Source: Acidobacteriota bacterium
GTDB lineage: Bacteria; Acidobacteriota; UBA6911; RPQK01; CBDAPI01
NCBI GenBank assembly: GCA_965248635.1
Contig: OZ252114.1
Span: 3,103,309-3,167,308 of the forward strand
Length of the DNA stretch: 64,000 nt
Direction: 5' to 3'
Under the pieces are notes generated by a model. It saw only the letters and a list, made by a program, of their open reading frames with translations, had not been told where the DNA came from and did not search any database. Positions 40,699 to 52,067 of this stretch are shown here, piece by piece. The translations under genes and the position numbers were made by a program. Each line of letters opens with the position of its first letter. The first letter of the stretch is position 1.

Positions 40699-41721
40699 AT
40701 GGAAAAAGCCGTTCACGAATTCATTTCCCCGCTGTCCTGGCCCTTCCTGGTTCTGACCATCGCGGCTACCCTTGGCCTGCTGGCAAAGGGAGCCGACTGG
40801 CTCGTCGACCAGGCTGTCTTGCTCTCGGCCCGGTCAGGCATTCCCAAAGTGGTGGTCGGGGCGACCATCGTGAGTCTGGGGACCACGACCCCTGAGGCGG
40901 CGGTTTCCGTCCTGGCAGCGGTGCAGGGAAAGCCCGGCCTGGCACTCGGCAACGCCGTCGGTTCCATCATTTGCGACACAGGACTCATCCTCGGCCTGGC
41001 CTGTCTGATTGCTCCCCTGCCACTCGATCGGAAAATCGTGAATCGGCAGGGCTGGATCCAGATTCTTTCCGGGCTGGGGCTGGTTCTGGCCTGCCTACCC
41101 TGGAGCAGCCTGGACTCAGTATTCACCAGGGGCGGGAATCTAGCCCAGAGCAGCGGCCTGTTCCTTCTTATGCTGCTGGCCGTCTACCTCTGGATCTCGG
41201 TGGTCTGGGCCAGGAGAGAGGCTCCTGCAACTCCATCAAAGCCCCGCTTGGAGAACCGGGGGAGTAACCTGGCGATTCTCGTACGCCTGATTCTTGCCAC
41301 TGCTCTCGTAGTCGCCGCATCCTGGATCCTCATTCCAGCCGTCAGTGAGGCCGCCGGCCGCATACGCGTGCCGGAAAGTATCATCGCTGCCACCCTGGTC
41401 GCTTTTGGCACGTCCCTTCCGGAACTGGTTACGGCTATCACGGCCGCACGCCAGGGCCACGGCGAGCTGGCCGTCGGCAACGTCATCGGAGCGGACATCC
41501 TCAACGTCCTTTTTGTAGCGGGAGCGGCGGCGGCGGTTACTCCTGCAGGCCTGCCGGCCCCGGCTCATTTTTTCTCTCTCTACTTTCCATCCATGTTGTT
41601 TCTCCTGCTGGTTCTACGGATTGGAATTTTTGTCTGTAAGGATCACCTCACCCGGCCCTTCGGCACGATTCTGCTGGTCTCCTACGTAGCCGTCACGATC
41701 CTGAGCTACGTGGGGCGGTGA
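40699..41721 (+). CDS. CaCA-family cation/calcium antiporter (YrbG-like)
   Basis: Two alpha-repeat GNAVGS-type motifs. About 10 TM helices. Confidence 0.8.
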   Translation: MEKAVHEFISPLSWPFLVLTIAATLGLLAKGADWLVDQAVLLSARSGIPKVVVGATIVSLGTTTPEAAVSVLAAVQGKPGLALGNAVGSIICDTGLILGLACLIAPLPLDRKIVNRQGWIQILSGLGLVLACLPWSSLDSVFTRGGNLAQSSGLFLLMLLAVYLWISVVWARREAPATPSKPRLENRGSNLAILVRLILATALVVAASWILIPAVSEAAGRIRVPESIIAATLVAFGTSLPELVTAITAARQGHGELAVGNVIGADILNVLFVAGAAAAVTPAGLPAPAHFFSLYFPSMLFLLLVLRIGIFVCKDHLTRPFGTILLVSYVAVTILSYVGR

Positions 41722-41739
41722 CAACTTGAGGAGACGGCT

Positions 41740-43506
41740 TTGCCCACCTTCATCCCCGCCCTGATCGGTCTGCTTGCCTTCAGCCTCTTGCCGGGCGTGG
41801 CCCTGCTGGACCGAAGGCGCCCTTTCATCGAGCAACTGGGTACGTCCGTCGCCATTAGCGTGGCCTTGAACTCCTTTCTGGTCATGCTGCTGGTTCTTTT
41901 CAAGACCTACACCCTGGTGATCGGCTGGATCTGGTTAACGATTCTCCTGGGAGTGACGCTGTTCATCCGTCAAGAGCGGGACTGGATCCGGTCGAGGTTC
42001 CAGGTTCCAGCACTGGCCACGGCCCCACAGGCCTCCACCAGGCTGCTCGTCCCCGTCCTTGCCATCGTGGCATACAAGTCCTTCGCCCTGCCCTTCTTTG
42101 CCTGGGACAGCATCGCCTCCTGGAACCGGTGGGCCCTATGTCCTCTCTGGGGATGCCTCTCAGGAGCCGTCCGCTCACGGCTTTGCGTTCTTCTGCTTTC
42201 TGATCCTTTGGCCCGGCGTCTGGAGGCTCTCCACCTGCTTCTCGGTTCCGGGAGCCCTTGCCTGCGCTGCAGTCATGGTTCCTCTGGGCGTGTCCAGCTA
42301 CGCGGGTACCGGTTATTCCGATATCGCAGCCAGCGGTTTCTCTTGTCTGGCTCTGGCCCTGACCCTGGAAGCCTTTTCCGCTTCCCGAGTCCGGGGGGAC
42401 CCGGTTCTGTGGCGTTCCACCCGGAACCGGGCTCTTCTGGCCGGCCTGGCGGCAGGAACTGCTTTCCACTACAAGCTGCTGGCTCCCCTGGGCTTCGGCG
42501 CGCTCCTGCTCGGCCTGGTCGTCCTGGCGGGCCGGTCTGGCCTGGGTCGGCGCCTGCGACTCTCGGTACTGAGTGGATTGGCGGGCCTGGTCGTGATTGC
42601 TCCCTGGGTTCTGTCCAGCAGCGCGGCCCTGACGGATCCGCTGCTCCACTATGTCACGACAGGAATCCATGGAGACGCTTCCAGGATCGAAATTCTCGTC
42701 GACGGGGCCCGGGTGCTTGTGGCGGGTACAACGGCCTTCAATTCATCATTCATAGATGTCTCTGTGTTCCTGGCAGGATTCGCCCTTTTCTTTATTGGAT
42801 CCCGGAGAAGCGCAGAGGCGTTCGCCCTGGGGGGTGCTGCCCTGGTCGGGGCTCTTGTCTGGATGGCAACCGCGAACTACGATACGAGAGCTCTCATGCC
42901 CTTTCAGATTGCGGCTGTGGTTCTTTCGCTGGCCGGCCTAGACGTGATTCTCGACCGTGTCCGCAACGCGAGTCTGCGTTACTCGATCGTGCTCTCTCTG
43001 CAGGTCACCTGCCTTCTTGCCTATCTGATTCCACAGTTTGCTCCGGACTTTCGAGTCGGCGCGGCCAGAGCCATGGACTGGCAACCCGGAAGGCACTGGA
43101 TCAAAGCCCCCCCCTGACGGCCCGCCACAACAAGCTCAGATTCCTTCAACCCGCACTCGCCGACCTGACCGCCTGGCAGGCCGAGCACGCGAACCTAACG
43201 GGATCTATCTGGACGAATCCTCTGCTCCTGGCCGAACTCGACCGGGCGGAGGTCGACAGCCGCAGCAACTGGATGGGGAAGCTGGAGTGGGAAGGAGAGG
43301 TTCTGTGGCAGCGGGGAGACGTTCTGCTGGTCTGCGACTTTGACCGTGACACTCCCAAACTTTCCTATCCGGTGATTGATGGACTCGTTGGCAGCTCTCC
43401 ATCCACGTGGGGTCCGTGGGTTTTGGCAGCAGAAGAGAAGGGAGTCATCCAGCTGCAGGCCAAATATGAGAGCATGAAGGTTTATCGAATCGTGGCAGAC
43501 CCTTGA
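41740..43506 (+). pseudogene. polytopic membrane protein (ArnT/PMT-like glycosyltransferase fold suspected) with two compensating frameshifts
   Basis: Frame 1 codes plausible TM protein for 41740 to about 42135. Frame 2 (track ORF 42059..43117) then codes plausible TM protein until a C7 run at about 43108-43114. Frame 1 again codes a plausible soluble C-terminal domain to 43506. The intervening frame-1 stretch is R/P/G-rich nonsense. Confidence 0.5.
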
Positions 43507-43589
43507 GACGGCAGGGATTTCTACGGTCCCGCCGGCAGACGAACTTCGCTCAGGCTTCTGAATAAACCCGAGGCTCAGACGTAATACCC

Positions 43590-44141
43590 GTGTCAAAGAA
43601 CGATCTTGGTACGACAGAGGAGAAGCTGTTGCAGCAGGCTGCAGCCGGAACCAGAGAAGCTTACGGTCGGATCTTTAAGCTTCATCGAGGCAGAGCCTAC
43701 GGATTGGCCTTTCACTACACGAAGAACAAAGAAGACGCCATGGATGTCGTCCAGGACGCTTTCATGCGGGCTTATCTGAACCTGAACAAGTTCGACTTCC
43801 GACGCGAGTTTCGTCCCTGGCTCCTATCGATCGTGCGCAATCTGGCCATCGACCTGCTGCGCAAGCGAAAACGCACCCGCACAGATGAATTACCTGCTGT
43901 TCTGCCTGAGCGCAGCAACCGGACTCATGCCGATCAGAAGCTGCTCAAGAGGGAGATCTGGGATCTGATAAATGAGCTCTCAAAAGACCAGAGAGAGATT
44001 ATTTTCTTAAAAGACTATCAGGGCCACAGCTACGCCGAAATCGCCGAAATTGTGGACATTCCACTGGGTACCGTGATGTCCCGACTTCACCATGCACGCA
44101 AGAAACTGGCGGCGCTGCTCAAGGAGAGCAGGAATGTCTGA
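43590..44141 (+). CDS. RNA polymerase sigma-70 factor, ECF subfamily
   Basis: Sigma-70 regions 2 and 4. GTG start. Confidence 0.85.
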   Translation: MSKNDLGTTEEKLLQQAAAGTREAYGRIFKLHRGRAYGLAFHYTKNKEDAMDVVQDAFMRAYLNLNKFDFRREFRPWLLSIVRNLAIDLLRKRKRTRTDELPAVLPERSNRTHADQKLLKREIWDLINELSKDQREIIFLKDYQGHSYAEIAEIVDIPLGTVMSRLHHARKKLAALLKESRNV

Positions 44142-44568
44142 GAAAGAGATCGAGGTACTTCTCTCCGGCTATCTTGACGGTGAACTCACACAACAGGAGA
44201 GACAGAAAGTAGGTGTGTATCTGGAGCGCGATGAGCGTTACCGTGAGATCCTGGCGGAACTCGAACGGGTGAAAACTGAAACCGAGAGCCTCAACTATGA
44301 GGAGCCCAGTTCCGGAGACTGGAAGATCATGGAGAAGAGCCTTGTGGAGGACGTCAGTCGAGGTCTGGGATGGGTCATCCTGTCGGTCTGGGCAGTCGTT
44401 CTGACGTCTTACGGACTGTGGGAGCTGGCCACGGCCCCTGATGAGCCGTTGCTAGGGAAACTCCTGGTTTTCGGGGTCTTTCTGGGAGTTGCGCTTCTCT
44501 TTTTCTCGGTTCTCGCTCAGCGAGTGCGCGAGAGTCGCACGGACAAATACAAGGGAGTCTACAAATGA
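44134..44568 (+). CDS. anti-sigma factor (membrane-anchored)
   Basis: N-terminal …LSGYLDGELTQQERQKV… anti-sigma helix plus a C-terminal TM segment. The ATG lies 8 nt inside the sigma gene. Confidence 0.6.
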   Translation: MSEKEIEVLLSGYLDGELTQQERQKVGVYLERDERYREILAELERVKTETESLNYEEPSSGDWKIMEKSLVEDVSRGLGWVILSVWAVVLTSYGLWELATAPDEPLLGKLLVFGVFLGVALLFFSVLAQRVRESRTDKYKGVYK

Positions 44569-44880
44569 TCGTTAGCACTACGGACGATATTGCCGGTCGG
44601 CGAATCGTCAAGACAATCGGCGTCGTTCGCGGCAATGCAGTGCGATCGAGACACCTGGGTCAAGACATCCTGGCGGTTCTGCGCAACGTCGTCGGGGGTG
44701 AGATCCATGAGTATGTGAAGCTGGCGGCGGAAGCTCGCGAGCAGGCCATGGACCGAATGGTGGATGAGGCTGAAGAACTAGGAGCCAACGGCATCGTCGG
44801 CATTCGCTTTGGAACCGCCATGATCATGTCCGGCGCGGCCGAACTTCCTCGTCTATGGAACCGCCGTGATCGTCGAGTAG
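44565..44880 (+). CDS. ybjQ: YbjQ/UPF0145 family protein; annotated frame carries a 1-nt insertion near its 3' end
   Basis: MIVSTTDDIAGRRIVKTIGVVRGNAV… matches YbjQ. After …SGAAE the +1 frame gives LVYGTAVIVE*, the conserved YbjQ C-terminus (compare E. coli …SGTAVK). The in-frame reading instead extends to 44969 through a repeat element. Confidence 0.7.
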
Positions 44881-44953
44881 ACCGAGGGCCAATTCCAGAT
44901 TCCACTACAATTCTCCATTACGTCCAGCGTGAAACGTGGAACGTGGAACCCAT

Positions 44954-45487
44954 TCAGTCCAGAAACTGAAAGCGTGCCACGGGCGATCGAGAGACCACTT
45001 TTTCCCCTGTTTCGATTCCATTCATGCTTCCGCCCACATGGCATTTGTGGAATTCGATGAGCGACCCCTCAGCAATTCTGTCCGGAGTGACTCGACCTGC
45101 GATCAGACCATGCAAGGTGGCGTAGAACTTCGCCTCCTGGACGACCTCTGCCTGGTCGCCGTCACTTGACTTGAACTCGATCACGGGAGTGATGTGGTAA
45201 ATCCGCTGGCTCGCAGCCTCCCCATCATCCTCTCCGGAAGGGTGCAAGAATCGCCAGACCTTGAAGCGACTGGGCTCGCAGGTGTAGATCACCTTGGAAA
45301 GGTATTCTCGTCCCCGATAGGGCCGAGACTGTTCTGCGGCAACGATGAGAATTCTCTTCTCACTACCCCGCACATCCCGGGACACGGAGGCTCTGCGAAC
45401 TCTCCGGCGCCTGGCCAACACGGCGGCGAATCCAACCACGGCTCCGCTGATACCGGGAAAAAGAAACTTCTTCCACTTCAGTCCCAT
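44954..45487 (-). CDS. hypothetical protein with N-terminal transmembrane helix
   Basis: ORF only. Confidence 0.35.
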   Translation of the reverse strand: MGLKWKKFLFPGISGAVVGFAAVLARRRRVRRASVSRDVRGSEKRILIVAAEQSRPYRGREYLSKVIYTCEPSRFKVWRFLHPSGEDDGEAASQRIYHITPVIEFKSSDGDQAEVVQEAKFYATLHGLIAGRVTPDRIAEGSLIEFHKCHVGGSMNGIETGEKVVSRSPVARFQFLD

Positions 45488-46011
45488 AGCTCCATGACTC
45501 GAATGTCGTCGGCGATGTGCAGGCTGGTACCCGTGCGAATCTTCACCTCGTCCGTGGCCACCTGGGGGGCTACTTCGGTCAGGACCAACCCCAGCTCGGA
45601 GATCTCAATCACTCCCAACTCCGTGATGACTTTCTCGACGCAGCCCCTGCAGCTGACGGGGGACCGACACTCTTTGAGCAGCTTTGGTTCTCCATCCGCG
45701 CAATTGTGGGACGTGGCGACGATCACCCGACTCCCATTGTGCAACTGGAGCGAGTCGTGGCCGGTGGCGACGACGTCACCGCTCGCCGACACTTCATCCG
45801 CTTCGATTACGATGACGTTGACGGAGGGGCCTACGAGTCCGCCCTCACCCAGGCTTCGGATCACCTTGTCCGTGGGAAGGAGTCCCCGGAGACGCTGTGG
45901 CAGACCCTCGCCCAGCGCGATTGCGTCTTCGTGGAGCAGCTCCTTGCGCAACCGTTCGATGATGATTTTGTGATCGTCAGAGATCTTTCCGGTTTCCGCC
46001 ATGCTCTCCAT
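45478..46011 (-). CDS. MOSC-domain protein (YiiM-like)
   Basis: MESMAETGK… start; conserved Cys region …ECRSPVSCRGC…. The longer track ORF (to 46338) would run antisense through the 5S rRNA gene and is rejected. Confidence 0.55.
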   Translation of the reverse strand: MESMAETGKISDDHKIIIERLRKELLHEDAIALGEGLPQRLRGLLPTDKVIRSLGEGGLVGPSVNVIVIEADEVSASGDVVATGHDSLQLHNGSRVIVATSHNCADGEPKLLKECRSPVSCRGCVEKVITELGVIEISELGLVLTEVAPQVATDEVKIRTGTSLHIADDIRVMELWD

Positions 46012-46096
46012 CCTATTCGATTGAGTTTGCTGGCAATTGTCTCGTTCCTCACACTTGATTCGTGCTTCTGAGAAGAAGTGTCGAGAGGGCGACGCC

Positions 46097-46140
46097 GTGC
46101 AAAGCAAAAAGCCCCTGCAACCCAGGCGGGCTCCAGGGGC
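46097..46140 (-). terminator. rho-independent terminator of the 23S-5S operon
   Basis: On the minus strand the transcript reads GCCCCUG…CAGGGGC (30-nt hairpin) followed by UUUUUGCUUUG, directly after the 5S 3' end. Confidence 0.55.
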
Positions 46141-46148
46141 ATAAAGAT

Positions 46149-46262
46149 CCGGCAACGACCTACGTTCCCACATAGTCTCCCATGCAGTATCATCGGCGCT
46201 GGAGGACTTAACTTCTGTGTTCGGGATGGGAACAGGTGTGGCTCCTCCGCTAAAGTCACCGG
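46149..46262 (-). rRNA. rrf: 5S ribosomal RNA
   Basis: The reverse complement reads CCGGTGACTTTAGCGGAGGAGCCACACCTGTTCCCATCCCGAACACAGAAGTTAAG…GGGAACGTAGGTCGTTGCCGG, a canonical 5S. Confidence 0.85.
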
Positions 46263-46326
46263 AAACTGTTAAAGATCGATGTCGTCGGGCAAACACACCA
46301 GTGTTTTGTGCGACAAAATATTCTAG

Positions 46327-49289
<2,963 letters not shown>

Positions 49290-49426
49290 TAGAATATTTT
49301 GGCGCACAGTCGCACCAAAATATTCTTGTTGCCATGTTACTTGTGGTTTGCCCTTCTAAATTACAATCAAATTGTCAAAGATCTGCGTGCCCTAGAAGCA
49401 CAACTTGTCCAAAAGGACAAACTACA

Positions 49427-49455
49427 ATCTTAAGTAAGTTCTGTGCCCCTGTCAA
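49427..49455 (-). promoter_or_regulatory. rrn P2 promoter candidate (TTGACA - 17 bp - TAAGAT)
   Basis: Minus-strand reading: TTGACAGGGGCACAGAACTTACTTAAGAT, about 135 nt upstream of the mature 23S 5' end. Confidence 0.45.
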
Positions 49456-49650
49456 CTCCAAACAAACAACTTCGCCGGGGGCCCAGCCTGGCTCCGCAGG
49501 CCCTCGAAAACACCGGCTGCACCACACCTCTCAGCATGACTGGGAGTGCGGGGTACTGGGAGTGCGGGGTCGGCCAGGAGAAGGGGTGGTGGACGCGACA
49601 AGTCAGGGGTTGGGGGAGGGCGCGCCCACCGTTCTTGAACAAACAAAGAA

Positions 49651-49680
49651 ATTATAGCGAAAAGCAACAAATAAAGGCAA
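49651..49680 (-). promoter_or_regulatory. rrn P1 promoter candidate (TTGCCT - 18 bp - TATAAT) in an AT-rich UP-like context
   Basis: Minus-strand reading: TTGCCTTTATTTGTTGCTTTTCGCTATAAT, preceded by an A/T-rich stretch. Confidence 0.4.
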
Positions 49681-49924
49681 ATAAAACGGGATATTTTTGG
49701 GCAAAGCCCCCTAGAACACCTGGCGGCCTGCTCCGGCCATACTCTCATTCTCCCAATTCGGAGAAAAGTCACTTTGGGCGACTTCAAGAAACGTTCCAGA
49801 GTTCCAAGGGCCCAGGTTGACGGCCTTCACCAGGGCGGCAACGAGCAAGGAGCCCGGCATCAGGAAACTCTGCACGGAATTCGACGTGGAACGCGAACCT
49901 CGGAGGACGGAACTCCTTGAAAGG

Positions 49925-50824
49925 TCATCGCCTCACCGGCCGGCTGCGGGGCTGGCAGGCAGGACAGAAATGGGTGCCCCGCTGGGAAACCACAATCTTC
50001 TCAATTTCGGTTCCGCACAGAAAACACTCCTCGCCCCGCCGACCGTATACTAGCAACTCTTCCTGAAAGCTCCCGATTTCCCCATCGCTGTTGATGTAGT
50101 CGCGCATCGAAGTTCCGCCAAAGTGAATTCCCTTCTCCAGAACGACCTTGATCGTCCGAAAAAGCCGTTTCTTCTCATAGCGGCGAAGCGCCGTCACTCG
50201 TCTCAAGGGGTGGATGCTGGCTTCAAAGAGAGCTTCATCTGCATAGATGTTCCCGACACCGGCTACAAAACGCTGATCCAGAAGGAGCGACTTCACGGCC
50301 AGGGTTCTCCCGCGAAAGCGAGCCAGAAATGCATCCAGCTGGTATTCCTCGGAAAAGGGCTCCAGGCCGAGTCGAGCAAAAAAGCGATCCCGGGCCGCCT
50401 CGGCTGGAGAAAGCAAATAGACCCTTCCGAACATTCGAATGTCCCGATACAAGAGAGAGGAGCCGTTTTCAAAATGAATCTGAAAGTGTGTGTGCCGGTC
50501 CGGTGAATGCTGACGAACACGCTGCAAACCCGTCAGGGGATGGCGAACAAAACCCGGCGCGTCGGCAACCTCCGGCTGGCGGAGGGTGAGCTGACCAGTC
50601 ATCCCCAGATGAACCACCAGCGTTCTTTCCTTCAACCGAAAGATGAGGAACTTCCCCAGTCGCTCCAGTGCCGTAATGCACTCCCCTTCCAGCGCGCCCG
50701 CTAACTGGGCAGGATCGACCTGAAAGATTCTGCAGCCACTAGCCTCGATGCCGAGGATCTCCAGTTTCTCGACCCGGCTCTCGAGGCCGCGACGAATCGT
50801 CTCCACTTCCGGAAGTTCGGGCAT
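49925..50824 (-). CDS. mutM: formamidopyrimidine-DNA glycosylase
   Basis: MPELPEVE N-terminus with catalytic Pro2/Glu3. H2TH domain and C-terminal CxxC…CxxC zinc finger. Confidence 0.9.
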   Translation of the reverse strand: MPELPEVETIRRGLESRVEKLEILGIEASGCRIFQVDPAQLAGALEGECITALERLGKFLIFRLKERTLVVHLGMTGQLTLRQPEVADAPGFVRHPLTGLQRVRQHSPDRHTHFQIHFENGSSLLYRDIRMFGRVYLLSPAEAARDRFFARLGLEPFSEEYQLDAFLARFRGRTLAVKSLLLDQRFVAGVGNIYADEALFEASIHPLRRVTALRRYEKKRLFRTIKVVLEKGIHFGGTSMRDYINSDGEIGSFQEELLVYGRRGEECFLCGTEIEKIVVSQRGTHFCPACQPRSRPVRR

Positions 50825-50839
50825 TCGTTGATTCCTGGT

Positions 50840-50990
50840 TGCTGGTTACTAGTTACAGGTTGAAGGTTACAGGTTGAAGGTTACAGGTTGAAGGTTACAG
50901 GTTGAAGGTTACAGGTTGAAGGTTACAGGTTAAAGGTAGAAGATTTTCGCTAACCGGTAACCAGTAACCCGGAACCAGTAACGGCACGAG
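50840..50990. repeat. tandem array of about 6.5 copies of a 14-bp unit (AGGTTACAGGTTGA), followed by a short inverted degenerate array (CCGGTAACCAGTAAC x2)
   Basis: Directly visible. It begins about 15 nt upstream of the mutM ATG, so it occupies the mutM leader/promoter region. Confidence 0.85.
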
Positions 50991-51052
50991 CGACAGCGAG
51001 TGCCATACCTGGAACCGAGAACCTCTTCTAGGATAAGATTCCCCAGTTCTGC

Positions 51053-51127
51053 TCGGGGGTCGTCCAATTGGTAGGACAGCGGCCTTTGGAGCCGCCGATC
51101 CAGGTTCGAGCCCTGGCCCCCGAGCCA
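51053..51127 (+). tRNA. tRNA-Gln (anticodon UUG)
   Basis: Manual fold: acceptor TCGGGGG/CCCCCGA with a U1-A72 pair; D-stem GTCC/GGAC; anticodon stem GCGGC/GCCGC; loop CTTTGGA (anticodon TTG); T-arm CCAGG-TTCGAGC-CCTGG; discriminator G; encoded CCA. Confidence 0.85.
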
Positions 51128-51628
51128 GCTCCATCCTCCCGCCAAGTCGCTTTTTCTCAGGTACTTAGAACCAATGCACTCACCAGGAGAGCCACTGGTA
51201 CATGTATTGGTCAAGACTCCATTATGGCCTCACCAGTTTTCGGGGCTGCAGCTCAGAGGACCTCTCCGGGGCACCAGGGCAGAAGCAAGATCTACCAATC
51301 TGATTCAATCAACATCAAACGACATAAGAGACGTCCACCTAGCCATATTTTGACCCGAATTCAACTCTCTGTAATCAAATAGTACTTACTCTGTAAGTAT
51401 CTGATTAAAAGGCACTTATGGTGTGACTGGAATCACATTTTTTGCTTGACTTATAGTTGGAACAAGCGTAGTGTCACACCTCGTGTCAGGGGTTTTTAAG
51501 AAGTCGATTTCCGGGCTGAGTTTGTGCGCTCTGAAGAGGCTCAGTTCTTGGGTGAGCCAGGAAAGCACTGACTGCAAGTTCGAGCCGGAGCTACCTATGA
51601 GGAATGGCCGTTTATAGGAGATTCCTAA

Positions 51629-51925
51629 ATGATTCTGACAGAGATTTGCAATCGCCAGACGGTTGTTCGTTTTCTCTGCAATGAACTCGCTTTGGACGAG
51701 CAGCTCGATTTCCTGGACCACATCCGGGAGTGCAAGCTGTGCTGGACTGAAGTGTACGATGCACGTAAGAACGAGCATCCGCATTACTACAAGAAGACAA
51801 CCCGCCGCTTGAAGGTAACCGAGAAAGAGCTGGCCCGGTTCAACGGGGCTGCTTTCTCAGAGGAGAACGAGAACGAGGAAGTCTACCAGCTGGGCTCTGC
51901 CAAGTTGAGTGGCCGTCAGGGATAA
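51629..51925 (+). CDS. small Cys/His protein with a zf-HC2 (ZAS-type anti-sigma) like motif; orphan
   Basis: …FLCNELALDEQLDFLDHIRECKLCWTE… gives H-x3-C-x2-C plus upstream Cys residues. It sits in a low-GC stretch after tRNA-Gln with no sigma-factor partner nearby. Confidence 0.4.
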   Translation: MILTEICNRQTVVRFLCNELALDEQLDFLDHIRECKLCWTEVYDARKNEHPHYYKKTTRRLKVTEKELARFNGAAFSEENENEEVYQLGSAKLSGRQG

Positions 51926-52067
51926 TCACTCGATGAACCTGTATTGAGGACATCGTTTTCCAGCAGGCAATGGGCGACGCTAGAAATCAGTGCGCTGATG
52001 GCGCCTGCCGGTATCGCCGGCTCTTGTCGCTGCGCTCGAAAAAGGGGACAGAGTAGACTGTCCCTTC

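Noticed and set aside
43507-43590. ECF-type autoregulated promoter upstream of the sigma gene.
   Set aside because: Only a weak GAATAAA-N16-CGTAAT resemblance to the GGAAC-N16-CGT consensus. Not convincing without comparative data.
49290-49925. Possibility that 16S is merely cut off by the window edge.
   Set aside because: The operon is on the minus strand, so 16S would have to lie between 23S and mutM. That interval is fully inside the window and contains only promoter-like non-coding DNA.
50840-50945. 14-bp tandem array considered as a CRISPR array.
   Set aside because: Units are contiguous with no unique spacers and the unit length is 14 bp. No cas genes are nearby.
51053-52067. tRNA-Gln-associated genomic island with integrase.
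   Set aside because: No integrase, recombinase or duplicated tRNA 3' end was found within the window. Only a compositional anomaly and an orphan small ORF remain, so it is reported as a low-confidence remnant instead.
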